From: Christensenella sp. UBA6094
GTDB lineage: Bacteria > Bacillota > Clostridia > Christensenellales > UBA6094
Assembly (NCBI GenBank): GCA_002435915.1
Contig: DIWY01000001.1
Span: 324,060 to 388,059 of the forward strand
Length of the DNA: 64,000 nt
Direction of reading: 5' to 3'
Shown here: one piece after another, positions 46,204 to 55,035 of the stretch
How the letters are laid out: each line of letters starts with the position of its first letter
Numbering within the stretch: position 1 is the stretch's first letter
Translations under genes and position numbers: made by a program
The notes under the pieces: model-generated
The model's input: the letters and a program-made list of their open reading frames with translations, nothing else
The model's database searches: none
What the model was told of the DNA's origin: nothing

Positions 46204-46213
46204 GAGTTAGCAA

Positions 46214-47599
46214 ATGAAAAAATTAGTAATTGCAGGAATAAGCCAAGGATTAATAGATTATTTGCCAAGCAAAACGCTGGACCTTATTAAGACTGAAGAA
46301 GTGTTTATTATGCAATCAGATGATCTTGCTATTGTAAATTATTTAAAAGAAAATAATAAACAAGTTTATATACTAGATAATAATTGCGATGGGGCTATTG
46401 ATCTGTGCGAACAAAACGATCAGATAGCACAGCGCATTTTTTATATTTGCAATAAAAACGGACAAGCGGTTTTGCTCACGCTAGGACAAGGTGCTATTGA
46501 TTATAGTGCGTTTAACAGTATTGAGCAGATGTGCAAGACTAATAACATAGTACTTAGTGTTTTGCCAGGTACTACACTTGCAGGCTCTGCAATCTCTGCA
46601 CTTAGTGAAGCGGGATTTTGGTTTGACTCAAAAGGGATTCATTCTTATAGTTCTAGCGATTTTAAAGAAATAACATATGATTCTCGTTATACAAACATAT
46701 ATACAGAGGTAAGCACAGCCCAAAAGGCTAAGGAGCTTAAAACAGAGCTTTTGAGGCACTGCTTGGGTGAATGCTTAGTGTATGTAGTGAAGTGGGATAA
46801 TGACGCTATAATAGATAAAATAAAACTATGTGACATAGATAAGATGGAGCGCTACACAAAAAGCACATGCATTATTTTAGAACCAGTTCCTTTTTCTGAG
46901 CTTAAGGTATACGATATGCCTGAATTTATGCATATAATAGAGATATTAAGAGCACCAGATGGATGTCCTTGGGATAGAGCGCAGACTCACGAAACGCTTA
47001 GACGCTCTCTTATAGAAGAGTGCTACGAGGTACTTGACGCAATAGAACAAAATGATAACGAAAAAATATGTGAAGAGCTAGGTGATGTAATGCTGATATT
47101 AGCACTGCACGCTCAAATAGCTAAAGAGAATAATGAATTTGCAATGCTAGAGATAATAGATGGCATCTCAAAAAAGATTGTTTCGAGGCATACACATGTA
47201 TTTGCTGGAGTAATCGCAACTACATTGGATGAAATAAATAAAAACTGGGAAGAAATAAAGAAAATCGAAAAGAGCTATAAATCTAATACTGAAGTACTTA
47301 AGAGTGTACCCAAACAATTCCCTGCACTAATTAGAAGCGAGAAAGTACAGAAAAAAGCCTCTAAATTAAACTTTGGTTGTGTGGACGCCAATCAAGCATA
47401 CGTAAAAACTGAAGAAGAGCTAGTTAAACTTAAAAATATGCTGAAAAATGGAACAAAAGATCAAATAGAGCAAGCCTTTGGAGAATTGCTACTTGGGACT
47501 GTTAGTTTAGCTATGCATAGTGGAATAGACTCTGAAGAGGCTTTATCACAAGCAACAGATAAATTCATTTTAAATTTCGAGAAAAACGAAAAAAATTAA
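46214..47599 (+). CDS. mazG: YabN-like protein: N-terminal tetrapyrrole-methylase-like domain fused to MazG nucleoside triphosphate pyrophosphohydrolase
   Basis: LIEECYEVLDAIE and EELGDVMLILALHAQIA are MazG EEXX(E/D) helices. The size and neighbours match yabN. Confidence 0.85.
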   Translation: MKKLVIAGISQGLIDYLPSKTLDLIKTEEVFIMQSDDLAIVNYLKENNKQVYILDNNCDGAIDLCEQNDQIAQRIFYICNKNGQAVLLTLGQGAIDYSAFNSIEQMCKTNNIVLSVLPGTTLAGSAISALSEAGFWFDSKGIHSYSSSDFKEITYDSRYTNIYTEVSTAQKAKELKTELLRHCLGECLVYVVKWDNDAIIDKIKLCDIDKMERYTKSTCIILEPVPFSELKVYDMPEFMHIIEILRAPDGCPWDRAQTHETLRRSLIEECYEVLDAIEQNDNEKICEELGDVMLILALHAQIAKENNEFAMLEIIDGISKKIVSRHTHVFAGVIATTLDEINKNWEEIKKIEKSYKSNTEVLKSVPKQFPALIRSEKVQKKASKLNFGCVDANQAYVKTEEELVKLKNMLKNGTKDQIEQAFGELLLGTVSLAMHSGIDSEEALSQATDKFILNFEKNEKN

Positions 47600-47826
47600 C
47601 CGATTTCGAGCGAAAATTAACAAAAAAGTGTGATTATTTTGCTTGAAACCCTTATATATAGGGCATAATAGAAAAAAAGATGATGGAAAAGTATTGTAAT
47701 TATGGATTAAAAATGTTAATGTATTGTATAAATGTTTAAAACCGCTAAAAATTAAGGTTTTTAGAAGGGTTTTATATTAAAAAAGCGAATTAATAATAAG
47801 CTATATTAGTTAAGGAGGGTATTCTA

Positions 47827-48099
47827 GTGAATAAAGCGGAATTAGTGGCTGCAGTTGCAGAGAAAAGCGAATTGACTAAAAAAGACGCTGAAAAGGCAGT
47901 AAATGCTGTTGTAGCTTCTGTAACAGAGGCTCTAAAAAAAGGTGATAAGGTACAGGTTGTTGGTTTTGGTACATTCGAAGTAAGGCAGAGAGCAGCTAGA
48001 GAAGGCTTAAACCCTGCAACAAAAGAAAAGATACAGATACCTGCAACAAAAGCACCAGTTTTCAAAGCAGGCAAAGCGTTGAAAGAATCTGTAAACTAG
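47827..48099 (+). CDS. hup: DNA-binding protein HU
   Basis: MNKAELV...GFGTFEVRQRAAREGLNPATKEKIQIPATKAPVFKAGKALK. GTG start after AAGGAGGG. Confidence 0.92.
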   Translation: MNKAELVAAVAEKSELTKKDAEKAVNAVVASVTEALKKGDKVQVVGFGTFEVRQRAAREGLNPATKEKIQIPATKAPVFKAGKALKESVN

Positions 48100-48164
48100 T
48101 AAGGGTTGTATGTTGAATGGAGTTAGCTAAACGGCTGACTCTATTTTTCTATAAGGAGATTATT

Positions 48165-48407
48165 ATGAGACTTGATAAATACTTAAAAGTTGCGCGCATT
48201 ATTAAAAGACGCACAATTGCAAACGAAGCTTGCGATGCAGGCAGAATACAACTTAACGGAAAAGTGGCTAAGGCTGGTAGCGAAGTTAAAATAGGAGACA
48301 TAATTTCGGTACGCTTTGGTGATAAATCGTATAAATACGAAGTGCTTAATATAAACGAACACGCAGGAAAGACAGATGCTGCATCACTATTTAAAGCTAT
48401 AGAATAG
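48165..48407 (+). CDS. S4-domain RNA-binding protein (YabO-like)
   Basis: [42 protein letters not shown] before ATG 48165. Confidence 0.85.
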   Translation: MRLDKYLKVARIIKRRTIANEACDAGRIQLNGKVAKAGSEVKIGDIISVRFGDKSYKYEVLNINEHAGKTDAASLFKAIE

Positions 48408-48417
48408 GAGCGTTTAT

Positions 48418-49596
48418 ATGAATATAGCTACAATAATACTTGCTGGCGGAAATGGCAACCGTTTGGGTAACAGCAAAAATAAGATATTTACAAAAATACT
48501 TGGTAAAACAATGCTTGAATACAGTGTTTTGCCTTTTTTAGCATGCAATATAAAAGATATAGTCATTGTATGCAAAGAAGACGAACAGAATCAAATCAAG
48601 CAGATGCTAAGTAAGGTTAATATAGATGCAAAAGTCACATATGCACAAGGCGGCATTGAGCGCCAGAATTCTTGTCAGAACGGGCTAAACGCTTTAGAGA
48701 GTAATATTACACATGTACTTATTCATGACTGCGCTAGAATGCTAATTACACCTGATGAGATAAACAGGTGTATTGAAGCTTTAAGCACTTGTGATGCAGT
48801 AATAACAGCAGTGCCACTAAAAGATACGATTAAGCGTGTGCAAGATGATGATGTTATTGAGACGCCAGATAGAAGCAATTATGTTTTAGTTCAGACTCCT
48901 CAATGCTTTTCTGTACCGCTAATAAAAAAGGCACATGAGTATGCAAAGAAATCGCAATTTTTAGCTACGGATGATGCTGGACTTATTGAGCATATGGGAG
49001 ATCACGTAAAAATTATTGAAGGAAGCTATGAAAATATCAAAATTACGACAAAAGATGATATAATAGTTGCAGAAAACATTTTAAGAAAAAGAGGACAAGT
49101 GATGGATAGTAAACCACTATTTAGAATAGGCAATGGGGTTGATGTGCATGCGCTTGTTAGAGGCAGAAAACTTATACTCGGTGGAGTGAATATTGAACAC
49201 GAAAAAGGACTATTAGGGCATAGCGATGCGGATGTTTTAACGCATGCGATTATGGATGCTATACTTGGAGCAGCAGCACTCGGTGATATTGGCGTTCATT
49301 TTCCGGATACGGATAACACATTTAAAGATGCCAATAGCTTAGAGCTATTAAAAAAAGTAATGCTTCTCATCCAAGAAAAGAATTACGCAATAGGTAACAT
49401 TGACGTTGTGGTAATGGCACAAGAGCCAAAACTACAGCCGTATGTTCAAAGCATGAGAGAGAATATCGCAAAGGCTTGTAATGTGGATTTAGATACAGTA
49501 AATATAAAAGCGACAACAACAGAGCATCTTTCTTTTATAGGCAGAGAAGAAGGTATTGCAGCCTTAGCTAATGCTACTTTATATACAAAAAACTAG
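48418..49596 (+). CDS. ispDF: Bifunctional IspD/IspF (MEP cytidylyltransferase / MEcPP synthase)
   Basis: The N-terminus has [11 protein letters not shown]. The C-terminus has [20 protein letters not shown] and the rest of the IspF motifs. Confidence 0.9.
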   Translation: MNIATIILAGGNGNRLGNSKNKIFTKILGKTMLEYSVLPFLACNIKDIVIVCKEDEQNQIKQMLSKVNIDAKVTYAQGGIERQNSCQNGLNALESNITHVLIHDCARMLITPDEINRCIEALSTCDAVITAVPLKDTIKRVQDDDVIETPDRSNYVLVQTPQCFSVPLIKKAHEYAKKSQFLATDDAGLIEHMGDHVKIIEGSYENIKITTKDDIIVAENILRKRGQVMDSKPLFRIGNGVDVHALVRGRKLILGGVNIEHEKGLLGHSDADVLTHAIMDAILGAAALGDIGVHFPDTDNTFKDANSLELLKKVMLLIQEKNYAIGNIDVVVMAQEPKLQPYVQSMRENIAKACNVDLDTVNIKATTTEHLSFIGREEGIAALANATLYTKN

Positions 49597-49604
49597 AGGT
49601 ATAA

Positions 49605-50786
49605 ATGTTTAAAAGACGCAGAAAAGATGATTATGGCAGAATAGATTATGCTACAGATAAAAAGAAGGCACAGATAAGCAGAGGCCTAGTTAAACTTATT
49701 ATTGGTGGCGGTATATTTGCTATATCTACAATTTTGTTTTTGGTATTTATGTTACCTTCTTTTAAAAATGCAATTTCTACAACTGCAACCTTTGTAATCG
49801 GAGCAAGAGGATACGAACCGTCCCTAAAGCTAAAAGAAAAAAAAGAGTACAGCAATTCTGTCGCTTCGCTAAGTACCAGTTCTAAGTATATTGGCGATGT
49901 ATATATGTATGGCGATGAGATTTTGTACGGTACAGTCGGCAAAAGCTCTGAGCATAGTGAAATAACAGGACTATATATTTTCAATATTTCAACAAGTAAA
50001 ACAACGCAAGTAAGCGTTAAGCTCGATAATTCGGATATCCTTGAGAATAAAATGAATGATAAATACATTGTTTACCTAGACTCAAAAAGAGATATGGGGT
50101 CGACAATTAAAGCAATAAACAGAGCAACGGGTACTACGTTTACTGTAAAAGTTTGTGGAGCGTCTAATCCTTCTATTTCTTTATACGATAAGTATATTGT
50201 CTGGACAGAAAGAACTGGGACGAATAAAGATAAGCTATTCCTATATAACCTTGAAACAAAAGAAAATAGCACGATACATATATTTAACGGCAGTGAGCAG
50301 TACGCTTTCTCACAACCTGATATAGACGAAAATACAATTGTGTATGCTGCAACATCAAAAAAAGACGAAAAGAACAGTGCTATATATTCGATCTATATTG
50401 ATGGCGCTGAAACAGAGCCATACGTCTACGAAACAGACACATATGTGCACAACCCCAAAACTAATGGCAGAGCAGCAATATGGATAGACACAAATGGAAC
50501 GACATCTTCTAACCTATATATGACAGAGGATGTCAGAAACAACGATTCAAGGCCTATATTAATTGATAGTGGTGTGACTCAGTACGACATAGGAGATACA
50601 TACATTACATATGTGAAAAACAGTTCAATATATCTATATTTCTTTGCGGACCAAGAAAAATACAAGCTTCTCCCTGAAAACGAGTATGGAGTGCTTATGA
50701 GCGTTCATAAAGAAGCAATTACGTGGTTGAATACTACAATTAGCACACGAAATAAAGACGAAATAAAATATGTGAAAATTAAGTGA
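49605..50786 (+). CDS. Membrane-anchored hypothetical protein with a repeated beta-strand motif (probable beta-propeller ectodomain)
   Basis: N-terminal basic segment plus one TM (LVKLIIGGGIFAISTILFLVFML). The motif recurs as DKYIVYLD, DKYIVWTE, ENTIVYAA, GRAAIWID, DTYITYVK and KEAITWLN. Confidence 0.6.
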   Translation: MFKRRRKDDYGRIDYATDKKKAQISRGLVKLIIGGGIFAISTILFLVFMLPSFKNAISTTATFVIGARGYEPSLKLKEKKEYSNSVASLSTSSKYIGDVYMYGDEILYGTVGKSSEHSEITGLYIFNISTSKTTQVSVKLDNSDILENKMNDKYIVYLDSKRDMGSTIKAINRATGTTFTVKVCGASNPSISLYDKYIVWTERTGTNKDKLFLYNLETKENSTIHIFNGSEQYAFSQPDIDENTIVYAATSKKDEKNSAIYSIYIDGAETEPYVYETDTYVHNPKTNGRAAIWIDTNGTTSSNLYMTEDVRNNDSRPILIDSGVTQYDIGDTYITYVKNSSIYLYFFADQEKYKLLPENEYGVLMSVHKEAITWLNTTISTRNKDEIKYVKIK

Positions 50787-50793
50787 GAATAAT

Positions 50794-52146
50794 ATGAAAA
50801 AAGCTAAGAGTATATTTGTGTGCAGTGCATGCGGATACGAAAGTGCAAAATGGATGGGTAAGTGCTCTGCTTGCAATGAATGGAATACATTTGTTGAAGA
50901 GGTAGTTGATGACAATCCCAAAAAAGCAGCAACAGTAGCTTCAAACGCAGTATATAAACAACTTTCTGAAATAAGCTTTAGAGAAGATGATAGATCAAAT
51001 ACGCACATTGGCGAGCTAGATCGAGTGCTAGGTGGCGGTATAGTTAAGGGTAGCGTCGTGCTTATCGGCGGCGATCCAGGTATTGGCAAATCCACACTTT
51101 TACTGCAAGTGCTTGCAAACTCAGCAAAACAAGGTGTTAAGTGCCTATATATTACTGGAGAAGAATCGGTAGAACAAATCAAGCTAAGAGCTAATAGACT
51201 TGGGGTAGATGCAAGCTCACTTTATGTTTTAGCTGAGACTAATTTAGCAGATATTGAATCTCAGATACTTCTTTTAGAGCCAAAACTTTTGGTTCTAGAT
51301 TCCATACAAACAATGTACTCGCCAAACCTCTCTTCATCGGCAGGTAGTGTAAGCCAGGTAAGAGAAGCTACTTCTATATTAATGCGTCTTGCAAAGAGAA
51401 CAGGGTGCGCGCTTTTTATAGTAGGGCACGTAACAAAAGATGGCTCACTTGCGGGGCCTAGGGTCCTAGAACATATGGTGGATACAGTGCTTTATTTCGA
51501 GGGAGAAAGGCACTCTTCTTTTAGAATAGTAAGGGCTGTCAAAAATAGATTTGGTTCGACAAACGAAATCGGTGTCTTTGAAATGACCGATAAAGGCATG
51601 CTTGAAATAGAAAATCCATCAAAAGTACTTCTTGAAGGAAGCGCTAAAGGCTTGCCGGGTTCTGCTGTAATATGCAGTTTAGAAGGAACTAGACCAGTTT
51701 TGTTAGAGATACAGGCGCTTCTTACAAAATCGTATTATCCATCGCCTAGACGTATGTCCACAGGCGCAGACTACAATAGAGTTATGCTACTTATGGCTGT
51801 TTTAGAGAAGAAACTAGGAATGCCGCTTTATGAGTATGATGCATACGTAAATGTAGCAGGAGGGCTGAAAGTCGATGAACCTGCAGCGGATCTAGGTCTT
51901 ATAGCAGCAATAACATCTAGTTATAAAAATAAGCCAATATCAATTGAAGCGGCAGTAATAGGTGAAGTTGGGCTTTCTGGAGAAGTGCGAGCGGTATCAC
52001 AGATGGAGTCGCGCCTAAAAGAGTGCGCCAAAATGGGATTTAAGACTTGTATTATCCCAGCCGACAATAAGAAAGTTAAAATTCCGAATGACCTAAAGAT
52101 TATTTATGTAAGCAACGTCGCACAACTAGCGGATGTATTATTTTAA
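50794..52146 (+). CDS. radA: DNA repair protein RadA/Sms
   Basis: Zinc finger CSACGYESAKWMGKCSACNEW, Walker A GGDPGIGKSTLLLQ, KNRFG and a Lon-like C-domain. Confidence 0.93.
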   Translation: MKKAKSIFVCSACGYESAKWMGKCSACNEWNTFVEEVVDDNPKKAATVASNAVYKQLSEISFREDDRSNTHIGELDRVLGGGIVKGSVVLIGGDPGIGKSTLLLQVLANSAKQGVKCLYITGEESVEQIKLRANRLGVDASSLYVLAETNLADIESQILLLEPKLLVLDSIQTMYSPNLSSSAGSVSQVREATSILMRLAKRTGCALFIVGHVTKDGSLAGPRVLEHMVDTVLYFEGERHSSFRIVRAVKNRFGSTNEIGVFEMTDKGMLEIENPSKVLLEGSAKGLPGSAVICSLEGTRPVLLEIQALLTKSYYPSPRRMSTGADYNRVMLLMAVLEKKLGMPLYEYDAYVNVAGGLKVDEPAADLGLIAAITSSYKNKPISIEAAVIGEVGLSGEVRAVSQMESRLKECAKMGFKTCIIPADNKKVKIPNDLKIIYVSNVAQLADVLF

Positions 52147-52179
52147 ATAAGTCTTAATTAAGTAGAGGAATGGTAGTTA

Positions 52180-52545
52180 ATGAAAAAGCTGTCTATAGTA
52201 GCAGTAATAATGCTGGTAATTACTTTTATAGTAGCAGGTTGCCAAGGACGGATATCTGAGGGTAGCATTGTGGGCGACGATAATCAGTTCGTAGTAAGTG
52301 TTTTAAATACAACCAAATCACATGAGGTAAAACTTGAAAAAGGAACAAACATCAAAGTTGAAATTGAAAAGGAATCAGGCAATGTAGATGTTGCTATAAT
52401 AGGATCTGAAGGTAATGTTTTATATAAGGGCGATAATGCAGACTCATGGAACTTCACAGTATCTACTAATAAAGAGGATACTTATAAATTTACAGTTACT
52501 GCAACTGATGGGAAATGTAGCGTTAGCTTCAAAATTGAAAAATAA
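52180..52545 (+). CDS. Small lipoprotein of unknown function
   Basis: Signal peptide with lipobox FIVAGC, followed by beta-rich sequence. Confidence 0.6.
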   Translation: MKKLSIVAVIMLVITFIVAGCQGRISEGSIVGDDNQFVVSVLNTTKSHEVKLEKGTNIKVEIEKESGNVDVAIIGSEGNVLYKGDNADSWNFTVSTNKEDTYKFTVTATDGKCSVSFKIEK

Positions 52546-52573
52546 AAAAAGGAGCGTTAGCTCCTATTTTTTT
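52544..52573. terminator. Bidirectional terminator
   Basis: AAAAAAA-GGAGC-GTTA-GCTCC-TATTTTTTT. Confidence 0.8.
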
Positions 52574-52967
52574 ATCTCATACTAAATTTGCCAAGAGATG
52601 AAACACGTTTGGTTTCACTTTGAATTATGTCGTTTATGTTGAGCCCTAACGAATTGCAAAGGCTTGCTATATAAAACATATTTGCACCAAGCTCACTGGA
52701 TATTGCTTCTTTGCAGGATGGACACAGTTGCCCATTTATATGTCTTGCAAAGTGAGTTTGTATGCTTTCGCTAGTTAAATCGGTATCAAAATCTTGTTTT
52801 TTCGCCTCGATTTCAATGCATCCACAATGTGTGGCGGCTTTTGAAATGGCTCTTGATGCGCGAGCAGCAGTTTCTTGGTATTTAGTGATTGTGTCTAGAA
52901 TACTTCTATTTCTTATTAGCATTTCATTACTAAGCGTTTGGAACATATCCAATTCATTTGCTTGCAT
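52572..52967 (-). CDS. Hypothetical all-helical protein with HCGC and CPSC cysteine pairs; the C-terminal helix weakly resembles MazG-type NTP-PPase helices
   Basis: AGGAGTG RBS before MQANELD. The motifs are THCGCIEIE, QLCPSCKEAI and ELGANMFYIASLCNSLG. Family not recognised with confidence. Confidence 0.5.
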   Translation of the reverse strand: MQANELDMFQTLSNEMLIRNRSILDTITKYQETAARASRAISKAATHCGCIEIEAKKQDFDTDLTSESIQTHFARHINGQLCPSCKEAISSELGANMFYIASLCNSLGLNINDIIQSETKRVSSLGKFSMR

Positions 52968-53186
52968 ATCATCACTCCTACAATGCTGTTTTATAGCGTA
53001 TTTCAATTATATCATAGTAGCGAATGCGAAGAATGGGAATAAATGGTGAAATATGAGTTTTATTAGTGTTAAAAAACTATTTAAAATAGGTATTGACATT
53101 AAATAGGCATATGTGATAATATTTCTACTTTGACTTTACACTCAAAATGTAGTATATTTAATAAAAAAGGAATGGAGGTTGAGTAC

Positions 53187-53678
53187 ATGTTTGAAGTAGG
53201 AGACAAGGTTGCTTATCCTATGCATGGAGCTGGTGTCATTAAGGCTATTGAAGAACGCTGTGTTGCAGGGGATATCACTAGATACTATGTCTTGCTCTTT
53301 GAAATGGGAGGCATGAAAGTAATGATCCCAATGGATAATGGCGTGGATTCTGGCCTTCGTAATATCATAGATAATGAAGAATGTAATAAAGTTATAGCAT
53401 ATATGGAACAAGAACAAGGCGAAGAAGATAATAATTGGAATAGGAGGTACAGAGAAAATTTAGAGAGAATCAAAACGGGAAACGTTTATGATGTAGCTGA
53501 CGTTGTGTGTACACTTTCAGCTAGAGAAAAAGACAAAGGTCTATCAACTGGTGATAGAAAAATGCTTACGACTGCTCGTCAGATTCTTATAAGTGAGATA
53601 ATGCTAGCTAGTGGAAAAAGCGAAAAAGAGATCTCGGACATAATAGACAATATATTGTCAAATAATAACGCAAGGTAG
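53187..53678 (+). CDS. carD: CarD/CdnL-family RNA-polymerase-binding transcription regulator
   Basis: MFEVGDKVAYPMHGAGVIKAIEER...YYVL... is the CarD_TRCF RID domain. GGAGG RBS. Confidence 0.85.
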   Translation: MFEVGDKVAYPMHGAGVIKAIEERCVAGDITRYYVLLFEMGGMKVMIPMDNGVDSGLRNIIDNEECNKVIAYMEQEQGEEDNNWNRRYRENLERIKTGNVYDVADVVCTLSAREKDKGLSTGDRKMLTTARQILISEIMLASGKSEKEISDIIDNILSNNNAR

Positions 53679-53686
53679 GTGTTAGA

Positions 53687-54766
53687 ATGGTTCACAAAAT
53701 ATTCCGCTTTATAATTGCGTTTATCGGCACTGCCTTTATTCCCGCAATTGTATATTTTATTTTTTTCCTGCTCAATTTACTAAAAGTAGTAAACCTGTAC
53801 AACACATTAGACACATCGGTAGTAATAGCAATTTATGTAGTTAGCGCTGTAATTTCTTTAATTTTATTTTATATATCGGCGCCCGCAATTATAGCTCTTT
53901 ATGAGAGAACGATTAAACTTATTATTAGAAACATATCGGACATGCCTTCTTCTGAACTCGTAGCTGGTGCTATTGGAATAATACTAGGGCTTATTATTGC
54001 CTTTTTGATTACCAATATATACCAGAGCATTTTACCTTCATGGGTACTAGTGTTTAGTAACATAATAGTATACCTTACACTTGGAACACTCGGATGGTCA
54101 ATTGCAACTAAAAAAAGGTTTGATATCAGTATTGCTCTTACAAAAAAGACAAAGCAATCAAAACTTCCAACAGACATCAGCTCAAAGATTTTAGATACGA
54201 GCGTAATAATTGATGGACGTATATATGATATATGCAAGACTGGCATTATGGAGGGTAAGCTAATTGTCCCAGTTTTCGTTTTGCGAGAACTGCAACATAT
54301 TGCTGATTCAGCTGATGTTCTCAAGAGAAACAGAGGTAGAAGAGGACTTGATATTCTAAAGAAGCTTCAAAAAGAGCTTAAGGGGCAAGTACATATTGTA
54401 GAAACTGATTTTGACGATGTGCAAGAAGTTGATGGTAAGCTATTAAGACTTGCTCAAGTACTAAATGCTATCGTTGTAACAAATGACTACAACCTTAACA
54501 AAGTTGCTCAAGTCCAGAGCGTTAAAGTATTCAACATTAACGAACTTGCTAACGCAGTTAAACCTGTTGTATTACCGGGCGAACAAATGAGCATCCAAAT
54601 TGTTAAGGCAGGAAAAGAAACAGGGCAAGGCCTTGCATATCTTGACGATGGAACAATGATTGTTGTAGAAGGCGGAAAAAAGTATGTTGGTGAGCGCTTA
54701 GAAGTACTCGTTACAAGTGTGCTACAAACAGCTGCAGGCCGCATGATATTTGCAAAAACAAAGTAA
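53687..54766 (+). CDS. yacL: PIN/TRAM-domain membrane protein YacL
   Basis: N-terminal TMs, a PIN domain (ILDTSVIIDGRI ... VTNDYNLNKVA) and a C-terminal TRAM (GERLEVLVTSVLQTAAGRMIFA). Confidence 0.85.
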   Translation: MVHKIFRFIIAFIGTAFIPAIVYFIFFLLNLLKVVNLYNTLDTSVVIAIYVVSAVISLILFYISAPAIIALYERTIKLIIRNISDMPSSELVAGAIGIILGLIIAFLITNIYQSILPSWVLVFSNIIVYLTLGTLGWSIATKKRFDISIALTKKTKQSKLPTDISSKILDTSVIIDGRIYDICKTGIMEGKLIVPVFVLRELQHIADSADVLKRNRGRRGLDILKKLQKELKGQVHIVETDFDDVQEVDGKLLRLAQVLNAIVVTNDYNLNKVAQVQSVKVFNINELANAVKPVVLPGEQMSIQIVKAGKETGQGLAYLDDGTMIVVEGGKKYVGERLEVLVTSVLQTAAGRMIFAKTK

Positions 54767-54770
54767 TAAA

Positions 54771-54797
54771 AAAAACACTACCTAAGCGTAGTGTTTT
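54771..54797 (+). terminator. Intrinsic terminator after yacL
   Basis: AACACTAC-CTAAGC-GTAGTGTT with flanking A/T runs. Confidence 0.75.
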
Positions 54798-54821
54798 TGC
54801 ATGAAATTCTATAAAACATGA

Positions 54822-54850
54822 TTGACATACATGCAGCAGTATGGTAACAT
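54822..54850 (+). promoter_or_regulatory. Candidate rpoBC promoter TTGACA-N17-TAACAT
   Basis: TTGACA at 54822-54827 and TAACAT at 54845-54850. This leaves a leader of about 185 nt before the rpoB ATG. Confidence 0.5.
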
Positions 54851-55035
54851 AATTACTTGCATTAGTATAAAAAAATGGGCTAACTATCCACTGTTTGCTG
54901 ATATTGTAAACGCAGTAGCAGCTGGTTATAAGTTTAGATACTGGTAATAAAGGGAATAAATGATAAATAGTACCTCTTGTTTCTAGCGAAGAAAACTGGG
55001 TGCTTTTTGTCACATTTCTATGTAGGGGTGAAGCT

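Noticed and set aside
46214-47599. MazG domain protein considered as an anti-phage or nucleotide-depletion effector
   Set aside because: Its size, its N-terminal methylase-like domain and its position between the yabM-like flippase and yabO match the housekeeping yabN gene of the spoVT-yabMNO block.
50634-51182. 182-aa minus-strand ORF
   Set aside because: It is antisense to the highly conserved 5' part of radA and to the end of the upstream gene. It has no RBS and a Ser/Thr/Cys-rich, nonsense-like translation.
53187-54766. CarD-like gene plus PIN-domain gene considered as a toxin-antitoxin or defence pair
   Set aside because: The PIN protein is the 359-aa membrane-anchored PIN/TRAM YacL housekeeping type, and CarD is an RNAP-binding factor. 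The radA-carD-yacL context is conserved core genome and not a TA module.
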